From assembly GCA_027486795.1 (NCBI GenBank), contig JAIXOI010000023.1, forward strand, positions 322,076 through 386,075: 64,000 nucleotides of DNA. The letters are read 5' to 3'. This stretch comes from Sphingobacteriales bacterium (GTDB lineage: Bacteria; Bacteroidota; Bacteroidia; Chitinophagales; CAIOSU01). This document shows positions 8,595 to 19,423 of the stretch, in pieces (the stretch's first letter is position 1; every line of letters begins with the position of its first letter). The notes beneath the pieces were generated by a model. It was not told the origin of the DNA. It was given only the letters and a program-made list of their open reading frames with translations, and searched no databases. A program made the translations under genes and the position numbers.

Positions 8595-11500
8595 TTACAA
8601 CGTAAACCTCAAAGTGATGCCTGCACGAGTATTGGTAATAGGGAACGATGCCGAAGTGGCCGGTATGGAGCGGGTGCGATCCAAGAAAATACGGATGTTC
8701 AAGCGCTGGCTGATGATATAATCGATGGATGGCGCTACACGGATGGTTTTCATACCGGCCGTTGGCTCGCTTATGTCCTGGTCAAGTCGATTGTTCAGTG
8801 TCACGTTGTCGCGGTAACTCACATCTACCCTAAAGTTGATGTCGTTCTTCAGCTTCATCTTTTTCTTCTTGTTAAAAGGGTTCGGTATGGTAAGGCCCTT
8901 CAAACGGTACCCGAAACCAAACGTAAACTCCTCGGTGCGGCTTTCGCTCAACTGGTAGCTTACAAAGCTCATGCTCAGGTTCCTCGATTTTTTGTAATCG
9001 AACTTGGTAGTGATGCCGTTCTTCCAAGTAATATCTACCCCTATGAGTGGTGCAAACTGCTCCGAAATAACAATAACCGGTATGTTTTTTTGTGGGTAGT
9101 AGTTGTTGGTAAGCGTATCGGTACGCGATGGTTGGAAATAGCCGCCACCCTCAAAGTTCAGGTTGCTGATGTAGCCGCTCATGGTAAAGGTAGAGCTGTA
9201 GGCGTGGGTAATAGTAAAGTTGTCGAAAATCTTATCCATTCCCTTCATTTTACTGAAACCGTTGTAGGTTATGCGCCAGTTTGGCAATGGTACCAACTTA
9301 AACGGATTCAGCGTAACGCTATTGAGGTCTTTGCCCGTATAGGCTGCTATAAAGGCTGGTATCATTACATCTTGCGAGTAAGGTCCATAGCCTTCGCGGT
9401 AGTTAAACAACGTATCGCCTTGTTCCGTGTTCTGCACAAAATATGGCAAGCCAGAGTTAGGGTTGCCGTTGGCCAAGCGCTGCGCAATGGTTTCCCTGCC
9501 GTTTTCGAAATCGGTAAACGCCTGGGTAATACCAATATCGTTCGGCTTTTGGAAGAACGTTTTAATCGTAATAAACGAGATACTGTAGCTACCGGTAGTT
9601 ATAGGGCTCAGGTGCAAGTGCTGACCGCCATCGGTTATCACTTTAAAGAACTCGCTATAGTTTTCAGAGGTAGTTTTGGTAAGCGTCAAATCGACCCTAA
9701 AATCGCGGAAAGGCTCTACTACGCCTCTTATGTTTAGGTTTTTAGAGGTGGTTTGCAAAAACTGGTAGTTGAGCAACGTATCGCTGCTTATCCAGCCGTT
9801 CTCGGCATATCTATCCAAATCTTTGCTAGTTGGTTGTTGGCCAAAGGCAAACTTCAAACCAGGGGTGTCAAAGCCCTTATCCTGACCAAAGAAACGGGTA
9901 TTGGGCAAGTAGCCAGGCAAGGTAGTGGTCCGGCTCTCAGTATAGTTTACCGATAGGCGCTTAATACTTATCAGTGGTCTGATTAATGGGCTCAATGCAG
10001 GGTTCTCCGGGCTCTGAATGCGCTCTCTGTCGGCCTTCAGTTTATTGATGCGCTCTTTAATGCTCTTCTTGAGCTGCTTCAATTGTTTCAGCTTCTCCTT
10101 CTTCTGTTCATCATCGCCGGCCTTCATTTCTTTCATGTCGGCCTTAGTTTTCACCATTTCCTCTTTTTGGCGCTTAATATCATCTTCTATTTTATCTAAC
10201 CTTTTCTGGTTGCTGGCAATAGTAGAAGCCCGTTTCTCTTTAGTATCGCCTTGGCGAGAGCGGTTGCTATTATACGGTTTTAAGAACTTAACCTTGTCGT
10301 ACAGGTTCTTGATGTTAAACTCCCCGTTAATGCGGATGTTATTGGAGTTGTTAATAGTATTACCAAGCGGGTTGCTTGTAAACCTGCCAGCGTCATCGAG
10401 AACCAACGGCGCTGCCACCCAGCTATAAGTGGTGCCGTAGCCAGTGCGCACCTGCATCCAATCAAAAATCGGGATTTTATCAATAGGCAAGTTGTAGCTG
10501 GCATTAAAGCTATGCTGGTAGCGGGTAGTACGGCCAAAATCGAGAATATTATCCCATAGGGTATCTTTCTCGGCAGCAGTATTCAAGCGCCCAGTTGGCT
10601 CGTCGATACGGGCATTGTTTATGGCGCTAAAATCAAGGTTAACCGATTTGAACGGGTTCCACTTAATGCCATACATCCTATCCCAGGTAAAGAATTTATT
10701 GAAGGTAGCCGGCACTTCGTACTCATCGGTGCCTAGCCTGCGCTGCTGCACTTCGCCATACTGCCTGTTAAAGTCGGTATTAAAGCTGAGGCTGTTGGGT
10801 ACTGGGTTAAAGTTAATGTCCTTTATTATTGCCAAATACTTACTTCGGCTCTTAATGATGTTCTTAAACGGATAGAGGCTCTTCTCCTGCGGGGCAAAAT
10901 TGTAGCCCAACGATGCGCGATAGCGTTTGGTAAAGTCGCTCTCAATAAACGGATCACTTCTTAGTATTTCAGAGTAAGCCCAAGTAGCATTCAGGTTGTA
11001 AACATCCCATACCCTCGGCTTCTTTTCTGTGTTTTGGTTTATCACCCTTACATTGCTAAAGTTATAGCCCTTAATGGTACTTAACGTCTGCGATCTACGC
11101 TTATAGTCGCGCTTATCCTTACCGCTCAGCAATTCTAGCTGCTTTTCAAGCGGCACATCGAGTTGGTAAGGGTCGTATTGTGGGGTACTGAAGGTTTGCG
11201 ATACGCCACCATAAAAAGGGATGCGCAGCCCCCATTTCTTAGGGAAAAACTTGCTCAACTCTAGGTTTGCCGAAAAGTCGTATTGCCACAACTGGTCTCT
11301 AAAACGTTGGTCGTTTTTCATTTCTATCTGCCCGAAACCAATGGTATGCATATTGGCCGAGAACACCAGGTTTCCTAAATCGGCCAGGCGGGTTTCCATT
11401 CGCATCATGGCGGCCCAACCGCCCTCTTCGGCAAAGCCCTCCAATCGTAACTCATTGAACCATACCTCAACGCACTTGGGCTTGGCATCATCTGCCGACT

Positions 11501-14500
11501 CAATGTTTACCTTCTTCGGATTCCGGATACCCAACATTACGGTGCGCACCACGCCCAAATCGGGGTTACCCACTATGGTAAGTTGGTTGCCCTTGGCATC
11601 AATTATTTTATATGGGTTGGTCAGGTTTCCGGTGTTGGCGTTGCGTTCCAGCTTCAAGTCTATCAAGCTGTCCAGGTTTAGGTTCAGCTCGTTCAGTTGC
11701 TGCCAAATTTCGGCAGTATCAGTAAAGGTAGTGGGGGTAAGAATAAGGGGTATTTCGTACTCGTAATAGTTCTGTGTAAAATCTGAGCCAATACGGATAA
11801 ACGCCGTTACATCGCCATCGTTTATAGGCTCGGCACCCACCAACGACTCAGCATGGATGAACATGCGCATGCGTTTGTATTGCCTTATATCGAGGTTCAG
11901 GTTTTTGTATATGGCCCTAGCATCGCCGTCTTGCAACCCGCATACCTGCACGCTCACCGATTGCTCGTTTTGTACCGCATTGGAGTTTTGGGTGTTCAGG
12001 TTTTGCTCCCTGATAATGCCCGGTGGCAACACATACGGTATCGGTTGGCGCTTGCCATTCTCTTCAATGTTTACGGCAATTACGTTAAAAAATGTACTCG
12101 ATACGTTGTCTTCGGGTATATACTCGCCCGGCTCTTGCAACGATTGCAAATACCTGCGCCACTGGTTGCGCACCAACTCAAAACGGCCCAAACGTACCAC
12201 CACTGGGTCGTCCCAGCCGGTAAGGAACATGCGTATAAAACGGATGGATTTGAAATCGGGAATATTGCCCACCCGTGATTCGAACTCGTTGATAGGTATT
12301 TTCATCTGGTACCACTTCACGGTTTCGTCGGTACCATTGGCCAGTTTTACGGTAGGCTCTTGTATGTTTACAATATAACTTTCACCCACTTGCATGTTAG
12401 GGCGCAACGCCAAACGGTATTGAAAATACTGTTCGTTTTCGTTTACTGTATTGTCGCGGTTCAAATCCTCCGAATCGGGTTGGTTGGTACCCGACGACGA
12501 TTGTGCGTTGCCAGTTTGCGCAGGCGAGTTGCCCTGCGGGCTGTTGTATTTTTTATAGCGGTCAATTACGCCCAGCTCAATATCATCATAGTCGCTACCC
12601 AGGTAGTAGTGGTAGTTGTCTGATGCCGGATCTTCCTGCAAAGCCGCAAAAGCAGCCGGGTCAAGATACCCTTGTAGGTTGCTCAAGAAAGTGTCATTGG
12701 CAATACGTTCCTCTTCGTCGTTGTAACCATCCAACCCAATATCCTGCACACCGCGCACGGCTGGGTCGTTGTCAAAGGCATTTACAATGGGCGGTACGCG
12801 CGGCACTTTGCCCCACGCCGACACATCCACTTGCACGGGGCTTCCTGGAGGCGGCAAACCGTTTTCATAGAAGAAACGAGAGTCCTTCAATATATCCTCC
12901 GATATGTTGCCCAGGTTTATGTACATATCGCCACCGTTCGAGTTTTGGTTGTAGATGAAGGGGTCCATCATCCAAATCTCAATAAACTCAATATTGGCAG
13001 CCTCAAAGTTGTTATTGTCAATTGACCGCATGATGCCACCCCAGCGGCTGCGAGGGTTTTTAAGGGTACCATTGGGGTTTACACCACTCGAAACGCCCGG
13101 TAGGCCGTTTGGCTGAAACTCAAAGTTGTATTGCCCACGTTCGCTCGGGAAATAAGCAAGATCAAACGTTACGAGGTTTTGCTGGAAGTTGGAAACCGTA
13201 GGCGTGCGGTTAGGGAAAACCTCTTGCTCAATAACTACCCTTACGTAGTGGTTGCTCTTGTCGTCGTTGGTAAGGTGACTTGGGGTGCTTTGTATGTTGC
13301 TTGAAAAAACGGGGTCGAGGTTGTACCAGGCAAATTTGGCGCGGTTGTATCCATATGCCAAATCGTTGAATAATCGTGCTTCTGGAAAAAGATCGCTCTC
13401 AAAGTTGTTGCTGGCGCCCAACGGCGTGCTACTCAGGCGCCAGTTGATAGCAGGAAACTTCAAATCGTAGCTGCTGCTGCTGCCCTCAAAATCATCGATG
13501 TATACTAAGCCAGCAGCACCAATTGCCTTGGAGTGGCCTGGTTTCAGGTGGGCCATTTCGCCAGTAATACTAAAGCTGGAAACCTCTTTGGTACTGTAAA
13601 ACGGCAACTTATCAACCAACCATGTAAGAAACTGCGACTCGGTGTTGTATTTAAAATCGAGCCCGAATATGTTGTTGGCAATCGGGTCGTCGCCAATGTT
13701 TACTTTTTGCGTAAAAGGGCGTTCTTTCAGGAACATGTGGGTAGCACCGATAGAAAACTTATCGGACACCCAGTAATCTAAACGGGTACCAAACAAGGTG
13801 CGCTGCTGGAAACCAAACAAGGTATTGTTCTCAAACGATACGTTGATAGGCACCCCAGAGTTTAGCACGCCTTCGTTTATAATTTTTACCCTGCCCAGCG
13901 AATAATCGACCGTGTAATCTTGCCCCTCGACCAAGCGCTGACCACCGGCGGTTACCACCACCGAGCCCTGTGGCACGTTGAATGCCCCTAACGAAATTTC
14001 GGACGAAACCGACGATTTGTACTGCCCCTTAAGCACAAAACGGTTGTATTGTGGGTATTGCTGGGCTATTACTTTTATGGAGTCGTAAAGCTCATCATAA
14101 ATAACGTTATCGGCTACCGTGGTTTGCTCATCGGCCGGAAACTGCCCTCTCAAATCTTGCCCGAAAGGCTCCAAAACCGGGAAAATAATACGCCCATTGA
14201 GCGGATTGATGGTAATACCAGACCTGAAATCGAATACCCCATCGGGTTGCGGGTCGCCTTGGTTGTTAAACTTATCTAACCCTACCACACGCACCAATGG
14301 CTGCCCTTGCAGGCTTCCCACTGGCAAATAACGCTTCAATCCGCCACCCGGGTCTTGATAAAAAACCTCCAGCCTAAAATCTTCTTGGTTTACTTGGAAG
14401 GCCCCAATGGAGTAGATGTTTTTCATCATCAAATCCCAAATAGGCACGGTAGGCCTAATGGACGTGGCCTTCAACATTTTAAGGAACAATACCTTACTGG

Positions 14501-16052
14501 CCGAAATGGAATCGGGCGGAATGTCTTGTGCAAACTCACCTACCTTATATAGCTCGCCATTAAAGGTGTACTCAAATGCTACGGCTAATACCTCATCAGG
14601 ATACAAAGCTTGGTTGAGCGATACATAACCCAGCACGGGGTTATAGGTATACTCCGATGCGGTTAACTGCCTAGCGTAAACCTTTTCATAGTCTACAGTT
14701 GGTTCTAGGCCCGCGCTTATTAGGTTGGGACTTACTTGGTCAATGTTTCTGAAACCCGGTGCCTGGGTAAGGGTGCCATAAAGGGTGTTAGAGTTGTTGT
14801 TGGGCTGCCCGCTACCGGCATTGGGCAGCACCAATGGGTTGAAAATGCGGGTAGGCTCCGCCAAATCTTGGAAAGCCACAATATCTCTTACGTTTTGGGT
14901 GGCCCCGGTGCGGTTGGTTACCCAAACCTCTAAACGGGTTACTTGTACTTGAGAGCTAATGTTGGGCAGCGTGGCCAAAGCCGCGTTGTAGTTTTCTCGG
15001 AAAGATTGAGCTAAGAAATAGTGGCGGTTTTCGTCATACTCGTCGCTGAACACCTCAAAGTTTTGAACCTGCGCCCCGTTTTGTATCTGTAAATTCTGCG
15101 AGCGCGATTTTTGTTGCGAGAATACGTTGCTGATGGTTAAGCGGCCAAACTGGAATTTGGTAGCCACCCCAAACAAGCTTTGTGTGCCCTGTATCAAAGA
15201 TGTTGGCAACGACCAACTTACGTTACCCGCCTCAATGCTCCTGATAATGTCATCTTCCTCACCTTCGTATTTCAGCTTTATTTGGTTCTCAAAATCGAAG
15301 GTGGCACCAGTGTTGTAGTTCAGGTTTATTTTCAAGAGGTCGGCAATGTTGCCCGTAACGCTCATGTTAATGTTCATGTCAAAATCGAAACCACCTTGCT
15401 TCCGGGCCTGTTGGGTAAGTATGGGGTTATCAATTTTCTGCACGTTGCCGCCTAGGGTAATGTCTACGTTTCCGCTTGGCTTAATTTCTATGGGTCCGAA
15501 ACCGAAACCTTTTTTGTCCTTGTTCGGGATGATTTTCGGGATAATGCCGTCCTTCTCTACCAACTGAATGGAGTTAACCCTTTCGCGATAGTATTCGCGG
15601 CGGGTTTGCTCTTCTTCATATTTCAAGTACTCTTCAAAGGTCATGTACACCGGTGGGCGAACCGCAATGCCGTTTACGGTTTCGGTAATGATAAACCTAT
15701 CCGTTTCGGTGTCGTACTCCACATTCTTTTCTATGGCCGCAGGGTCGTTCAACAAAAACGGGTTTGGGTTGTTCCCTGTTAGGTGGTCGCCTTGGCGGTC
15801 GTCGATGGGGTAAACCAAGTCAATGGGTTTGCTGGTATCGCCAGGGGCGGCGGCAGGGGCTATTGGGTCGTTAGGCACTACCGGGGCTACTGGGTCGGGG
15901 CTATCAACAGCAAAAGTTATCCATTGATTGGGGAATAAGTACTCGTTGGGCCCGGGAGGGTCCAATAACAATACAGCACCTCCGGCGCCAATGGCCGCTG
16001 TGGCAAATAAAAGCACTGCACCGAGTGAAAGTATGTAGCTTCTTCTTATCAC
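8595..16052 (-). CDS. sprA: Cell-surface protein SprA (T9SS translocon / gliding motility)
   Basis: 2485 aa giant ORF with a signal peptide. Size and conserved blocks are typical of SprA. It sits next to ruvA, as in many Bacteroidota. Confidence 0.9.
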   Translation of the reverse strand: MIRRSYILSLGAVLLFATAAIGAGGAVLLLDPPGPNEYLFPNQWITFAVDSPDPVAPVVPNDPIAPAAAPGDTSKPIDLVYPIDDRQGDHLTGNNPNPFLLNDPAAIEKNVEYDTETDRFIITETVNGIAVRPPVYMTFEEYLKYEEEQTRREYYRERVNSIQLVEKDGIIPKIIPNKDKKGFGFGPIEIKPSGNVDITLGGNVQKIDNPILTQQARKQGGFDFDMNINMSVTGNIADLLKINLNYNTGATFDFENQIKLKYEGEEDDIIRSIEAGNVSWSLPTSLIQGTQSLFGVATKFQFGRLTISNVFSQQKSRSQNLQIQNGAQVQNFEVFSDEYDENRHYFLAQSFRENYNAALATLPNISSQVQVTRLEVWVTNRTGATQNVRDIVAFQDLAEPTRIFNPLVLPNAGSGQPNNNSNTLYGTLTQAPGFRNIDQVSPNLISAGLEPTVDYEKVYARQLTASEYTYNPVLGYVSLNQALYPDEVLAVAFEYTFNGELYKVGEFAQDIPPDSISASKVLFLKMLKATSIRPTVPIWDLMMKNIYSIGAFQVNQEDFRLEVFYQDPGGGLKRYLPVGSLQGQPLVRVVGLDKFNNQGDPQPDGVFDFRSGITINPLNGRIIFPVLEPFGQDLRGQFPADEQTTVADNVIYDELYDSIKVIAQQYPQYNRFVLKGQYKSSVSSEISLGAFNVPQGSVVVTAGGQRLVEGQDYTVDYSLGRVKIINEGVLNSGVPINVSFENNTLFGFQQRTLFGTRLDYWVSDKFSIGATHMFLKERPFTQKVNIGDDPIANNIFGLDFKYNTESQFLTWLVDKLPFYSTKEVSSFSITGEMAHLKPGHSKAIGAAGLVYIDDFEGSSSSYDLKFPAINWRLSSTPLGASNNFESDLFPEARLFNDLAYGYNRAKFAWYNLDPVFSSNIQSTPSHLTNDDKSNHYVRVVIEQEVFPNRTPTVSNFQQNLVTFDLAYFPSERGQYNFEFQPNGLPGVSSGVNPNGTLKNPRSRWGGIMRSIDNNNFEAANIEFIEIWMMDPFIYNQNSNGGDMYINLGNISEDILKDSRFFYENGLPPPGSPVQVDVSAWGKVPRVPPIVNAFDNDPAVRGVQDIGLDGYNDEEERIANDTFLSNLQGYLDPAAFAALQEDPASDNYHYYLGSDYDDIELGVIDRYKKYNSPQGNSPAQTGNAQSSSGTNQPDSEDLNRDNTVNENEQYFQYRLALRPNMQVGESYIVNIQEPTVKLANGTDETVKWYQMKIPINEFESRVGNIPDFKSIRFIRMFLTGWDDPVVVRLGRFELVRNQWRRYLQSLQEPGEYIPEDNVSSTFFNVIAVNIEENGKRQPIPYVLPPGIIREQNLNTQNSNAVQNEQSVSVQVCGLQDGDARAIYKNLNLDIRQYKRMRMFIHAESLVGAEPINDGDVTAFIRIGSDFTQNYYEYEIPLILTPTTFTDTAEIWQQLNELNLNLDSLIDLKLERNANTGNLTNPYKIIDAKGNQLTIVGNPDLGVVRTVMLGIRNPKKVNIESADDAKPKCVEVWFNELRLEGFAEEGGWAAMMRMETRLADLGNLVFSANMHTIGFGQIEMKNDQRFRDQLWQYDFSANLELSKFFPKKWGLRIPFYGGVSQTFSTPQYDPYQLDVPLEKQLELLSGKDKRDYKRRSQTLSTIKGYNFSNVRVINQNTEKKPRVWDVYNLNATWAYSEILRSDPFIESDFTKRYRASLGYNFAPQEKSLYPFKNIIKSRSKYLAIIKDINFNPVPNSLSFNTDFNRQYGEVQQRRLGTDEYEVPATFNKFFTWDRMYGIKWNPFKSVNLDFSAINNARIDEPTGRLNTAAEKDTLWDNILDFGRTTRYQHSFNASYNLPIDKIPIFDWMQVRTGYGTTYSWVAAPLVLDDAGRFTSNPLGNTINNSNNIRINGEFNIKNLYDKVKFLKPYNSNRSRQGDTKEKRASTIASNQKRLDKIEDDIKRQKEEMVKTKADMKEMKAGDDEQKKEKLKQLKQLKKSIKERINKLKADRERIQSPENPALSPLIRPLISIKRLSVNYTESRTTTLPGYLPNTRFFGQDKGFDTPGLKFAFGQQPTSKDLDRYAENGWISSDTLLNYQFLQTTSKNLNIRGVVEPFRDFRVDLTLTKTTSENYSEFFKVITDGGQHLHLSPITTGSYSISFITIKTFFQKPNDIGITQAFTDFENGRETIAQRLANGNPNSGLPYFVQNTEQGDTLFNYREGYGPYSQDVMIPAFIAAYTGKDLNSVTLNPFKLVPLPNWRITYNGFSKMKGMDKIFDNFTITHAYSSTFTMSGYISNLNFEGGGYFQPSRTDTLTNNYYPQKNIPVIVISEQFAPLIGVDITWKNGITTKFDYKKSRNLSMSFVSYQLSESRTEEFTFGFGYRLKGLTIPNPFNKKKKMKLKNDINFRVDVSYRDNVTLNNRLDQDISEPTAGMKTIRVAPSIDYIISQRLNIRIFLDRTRSIPATSASFPITNTRAGITLRFTL

Positions 16053-16069
16053 TTATCCCTTCCTGATTC

Positions 16070-16657
16070 CTATAAAGCCTTTAGTGCTAGTTTAATGATA
16101 ACTTCTACGGCAGCGTCTTTTCCCTCCGCTGCTATTACTTTATCTATTGCTTTTTCGGCTTGGTTGCGCTGGAAACCTAGTGCGACCAAGGCAGATAACG
16201 CCTCATCTCTATTGGTATTGCCTACACTGGTCATTAAAATTTCGGCCCCATCAACGGTTTTTATCATCTTGTCTTTGAGTTCCAAGATAATACGTTGTGC
16301 AGACTTGGCCCCAACGCCTTTTATTTTTTGCAACTGTACCACATTGCCCTGCATTATGGCCTTCTGCACCTCGCCCGGCACCATTGACGACAATGCCAGC
16401 CTAGCGGTAGACGGGCCAATGCCCGATACCGAAATTAAGTGGGTAAACACCTGCTTCTCCAATTCGTCGGCAAAACCATACAGGGTATGGCTTGTTTCGG
16501 TAATATGGAGGTACGTATGCACCAATGCTTCGTCTTTGTCTTGCAACTGGCCGAAGGTATTAAGGCTTATAAATACCTGATAACCAATTCCGCCAGACTC
16601 AACAATGAGGTATACGGGTGTTTTTACAGTAAGCTTACCTTTTATGTAAGCAATCAT
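16070..16657 (-). CDS. ruvA: Holliday junction branch migration complex subunit RuvA
   Basis: The track ORF (16070..16810) is N-terminally over-extended. The conserved RuvA N-terminus MIAYIKGKLTVKTPVYLIVESGGIGYQV starts at residue 52 (ATG at 16657). HhH motifs (SVSGIGPSTA, IKGVGAKSAQRI) are present. Confidence 0.9.
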   Translation of the reverse strand: MIAYIKGKLTVKTPVYLIVESGGIGYQVFISLNTFGQLQDKDEALVHTYLHITETSHTLYGFADELEKQVFTHLISVSGIGPSTARLALSSMVPGEVQKAIMQGNVVQLQKIKGVGAKSAQRIILELKDKMIKTVDGAEILMTSVGNTNRDEALSALVALGFQRNQAEKAIDKVIAAEGKDAAVEVIIKLALKAL

Positions 16658-16680
16658 TGGCAGTTTGGAGTTAGACAGGG

Positions 16681-16688
16681 CAAAGGTA
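16681..16688 (-). promoter_or_regulatory. Candidate Bacteroidota -7 promoter box (TACCTTTG) for ruvA
   Basis: The minus-strand sequence TACCTTTG fits TAnnTTTG and lies 23 nt upstream of the ruvA ATG. No clear -33 element was seen. Confidence 0.3.
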
Positions 16689-16858
16689 AAATTTTGATAA
16701 CACATTTTAACAGTGCACTGCAACGTAATATTGCACACAAGGATAATAAATTGGACAGACGGCAGATTGTAGGCCCAAGGTGATGCCATAATTATATACC
16801 ATAGAAGCATTTATGGTGGTTAATGCTGTGCCGTTTTAGGTTTCTTTGTCCATTTAGG

Positions 16859-18040
16859 CTACCCCGAGTGCCCATAAATAGTAGGTTTCCGTTTGCCCAG
16901 GTGCGAGTAAATTGCATAGCGTATGGCATCGCAGGCGTGGTCGTTGTCCTTAACGGGGTCGTCGAGCAAGTTGCCTTCGGCATCGGTCTTCCAGGTGTAA
17001 TTATCCAGTTCATTCAGCACGTTCACACTATTTTGCACCACATGTATGCGGTACTCCTTCACCTTACCGATACCACTAAACACGCTTTTTTCGGCACCCT
17101 TTACGTGGTATCCGGCCTGTTGTATCTCCTTTATTTTTTCGGGGCTGGCACTATCCGCATATATGTTGTCGGTTTTGCTTATCTCTAGCCTATCCATTAA
17201 ATCAATCATTGCCGGTGTGGTAAGGCGGCGCTTGTAAAAAACCTCCTCTAGGTAAATGTCTTTTTCGTAGTAAGCCACCCGTACCATAGCGCAAGGGTTG
17301 TTGTAGCCAAAATCGAGGCCATACAGCGTTTCGGTGACGTTTTCGGGTATCCTGCTAATGATTTTGTAGTCGTAAATAATGGCATTGCTGTTTTCGCCCC
17401 ACTCGGCAAGCGCGTATATTTTGTAGTATTCGGGGTCAAGTTCCTTCATTTCGGCCAGCATTTCGCCAAATGCCGCACCAACTTTGGTGTTATCAGAATG
17501 AACAGTTATCAACTTAAAGGTATTTATGGGTTCGCGTGCATAAAACTGTTGGTAGACAAAATTCTTTTTGCTGATGGGGTTGAAGGTGCAGATAATTTGC
17601 AAATAAGTTTCCGTTTCGCCCCGAAGCCTTAAATCAAGCTGCCTGAAATCCCTTGCGCTCAACTCAGTGGCCTCCTCTACCCACATACCTGTAGGTTGTG
17701 CCAGACTTTTCAGTTTTTCGGGGTCGTCTACGCCTGTAGTTATAAGGGTATTGCCGTTTTTCAAACATTCAATTTCTAGCCTGCTTTCCGAAAATTTAAA
17801 CTCGTCTTGCCAGCCATGGAAATAAATCACATCCTTTAATTGCTGATACACGCTATTGCGAATGGTCCGGGCCACCTTGCGCACCACCACAAACCGATGG
17901 CCGGTTTCGGCCTTCATGCGGTAGAGTATTTTTTGGGCTGCGAAAAAACTTTTGCCACTACCCGCTCCGCCCATTAACATTAGGTAGCGGCTTTGATTGG
18001 TAAAAGCTGGGTGATATATGGTAAGAATATGATCGGTCAT
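16859..18040 (-). CDS. Phage terminase large subunit (PBSX/TIGR01547-like)
   Basis: Walker A motif MLMGGAGSGKSFFAAQK. C-terminal RNaseH-like nuclease motifs (GLDFGYNNP, IYADSASPEKIKEIQQAGYHVKGAEK, HACDAIRY). The start was trimmed to MTDHILTIY (ATG at 18040). Confidence 0.85.
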   Translation of the reverse strand: MTDHILTIYHPAFTNQSRYLMLMGGAGSGKSFFAAQKILYRMKAETGHRFVVVRKVARTIRNSVYQQLKDVIYFHGWQDEFKFSESRLEIECLKNGNTLITTGVDDPEKLKSLAQPTGMWVEEATELSARDFRQLDLRLRGETETYLQIICTFNPISKKNFVYQQFYAREPINTFKLITVHSDNTKVGAAFGEMLAEMKELDPEYYKIYALAEWGENSNAIIYDYKIISRIPENVTETLYGLDFGYNNPCAMVRVAYYEKDIYLEEVFYKRRLTTPAMIDLMDRLEISKTDNIYADSASPEKIKEIQQAGYHVKGAEKSVFSGIGKVKEYRIHVVQNSVNVLNELDNYTWKTDAEGNLLDDPVKDNDHACDAIRYAIYSHLGKRKPTIYGHSG

Positions 18041-18155
18041 GATAAGGCAAATTGGTTTTGGGGATAGGGACAATACACAGGCCGATGGCTGCAAAAACGC
18101 GCCAAAAGGTGAGTATGAAAATGTAAGATTTTTGGGTGCCTAAGCGGCTATTGCA

Positions 18156-18680
18156 TTATACCGAAGCCTTAGGCTCCATAACTGCTAAGTAAGGGAAAAT
18201 CCAGGTGGGGTCGGTGTCTTCGGCCTCAATACGGTACCATTTGCTGCCAAGTTTCAGAAAACCTTTCAGCACAAATATTTTCCCATTAAACAATTGCTCG
18301 TAATGGAATGGGCGGCCATTGAGTTTTACTTTGGTTTTGCCATCGGTTATGGGTATGCCCTTAAACTCGGCCATGGTAAAGCACTTGGCATCTTTTACCA
18401 CTTCGCTATCGCATACCAGCAGAAAGGTTTCCAGGTCTTCCACCTTCATGCCGGGCGTGGTGGTTACTATCAATTCTAGGCTAGCTACTTCTTCTTGTTT
18501 AGTTTTAGAAAGCTTAGCAACTGGCAGCTCGTTTGGTTCGTTTGTGCCTGCACCGCTGCCTTTAGCTGCCGCAGTATCCGTTTGGTTGGTTGCACCCGGC
18601 GCATCGGCGCCATTGCCACCAAAGTTGCACGCCGCAAAAGCCATAACCAGTATGACAAAAGTATAAAGTAGAGTTTTCAT
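18156..18680 (-). CDS. Hypothetical lipoprotein
   Basis: 174 aa. It has a signal peptide with a lipobox (MAFAACN), followed by a low-complexity G/A/T linker. Confidence 0.6.
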   Translation of the reverse strand: MKTLLYTFVILVMAFAACNFGGNGADAPGATNQTDTAAAKGSGAGTNEPNELPVAKLSKTKQEEVASLELIVTTTPGMKVEDLETFLLVCDSEVVKDAKCFTMAEFKGIPITDGKTKVKLNGRPFHYEQLFNGKIFVLKGFLKLGSKWYRIEAEDTDPTWIFPYLAVMEPKASV

Positions 18681-18720
18681 AGCAGGGTGGGTTCAAATCC
18701 AGAATTGTTGAGCAAATCGC

Positions 18721-19344
18721 TTATATCATTACAAATTTGCTTTCCTTAAATAGCTCTCGCAAATCGGGTGGCATACCGGTTATGCGGTCTTTAAAGTCGT
18801 TTAGCTCATCCAAGCTTTTGTTAGATAGTAGCTGCACCATCTCGTCCAAGGCCTTCATGCCCAAAATCAAAGGCATCAAGGTATAGGCCATTTTATCGCC
18901 GTTAAACGATGCCACCATTTGGTATTCGGTAAGCTCGGCGCGTGGCACACTGGTAACGGCGCATTGCCCTATCCAGCTATTCACGTCAAAGTCTTCGCGG
19001 GCGTAAAAATCATTGGCTCTGGCTTCTAAATCGGCATGGGTGCGCATATACTCCTGCCTATTGCGTTTCGATTCCGTGGAGAGACGCGCTTCCATTTCGG
19101 CATGGCACTCCATACAAATGGCGTACTCAAAAATAATGTCCTGCACGTTGTACTTCACATAGCGTTTCACAGCCTTCTCAACCATATACCAGGTTTCGGG
19201 CTGCAGCAAACCCTTCTCGCAAACGCTGCAGCGCTCAAATGGCTTGCCCGTGGCCTCCGAATAAAACTCTTTCGGTATTGCTACCAGCTTCGGGAACTCC
19301 TCTGCTTCTTGCTCTTCATCAAAATCTTCAAAATCATTATTCAT
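18721..19344 (-). CDS. Hypothetical protein with acidic N-terminus and CxxC...CxxC zinc-ribbon-like motif
   Basis: 207 aa. Motifs are CSVCEKG ... CMECHAEM. No family was recognised. Confidence 0.5.
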   Translation of the reverse strand: MNNDFEDFDEEQEAEEFPKLVAIPKEFYSEATGKPFERCSVCEKGLLQPETWYMVEKAVKRYVKYNVQDIIFEYAICMECHAEMEARLSTESKRNRQEYMRTHADLEARANDFYAREDFDVNSWIGQCAVTSVPRAELTEYQMVASFNGDKMAYTLMPLILGMKALDEMVQLLSNKSLDELNDFKDRITGMPPDLRELFKESKFVMI

Positions 19345-19423
19345 AGTTGCACGCTTATAGCATAAAAGTAAGGCAAAAGGGCGATTAGTAAAAACAATAA
19401 ACTAAAACCCGTTGTTTGCGTAT

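Noticed and set aside
8565-9737. 390-aa plus-strand ORF and many other 60-180-aa ORFs antisense to sprA (for example 10018..10428, 11221..11766, 11857..12378)
   Set aside because: They lie entirely inside the 2485-aa sprA reading frame on the opposite strand. Their composition is odd (R/V/L-rich) with no motifs. They are typical shadow ORFs of a long gene.
16658-16810. N-terminal 51-aa extension of ruvA in the ORF track; similar extensions occur on ileS, TerL, YbaB, the RND exporter, the PorZ-like gene and the antitoxin
   Set aside because: The conserved protein N-termini or signal peptides begin at internal ATGs. The extensions read through promoter-like AT-rich DNA.
16658-16858. Search for attL/attR direct repeats or a tRNA at the cluster borders (16658-16858 versus 42650-42949)
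   Set aside because: Only a 7-nt match (CAGTGCA) was seen by eye, which is not significant. No tRNA-like cloverleaf sequence is present. A computational repeat search is needed before excluding att sites.
18721-19344. The idea that the 207-aa CxxC...CxxCH protein is an HNH endonuclease or TerS partner of TerL
   Set aside because: The segment between the Cys pairs lacks the His-Asn-His catalytic pattern. No HTH typical of TerS is visible. I left it as hypothetical.
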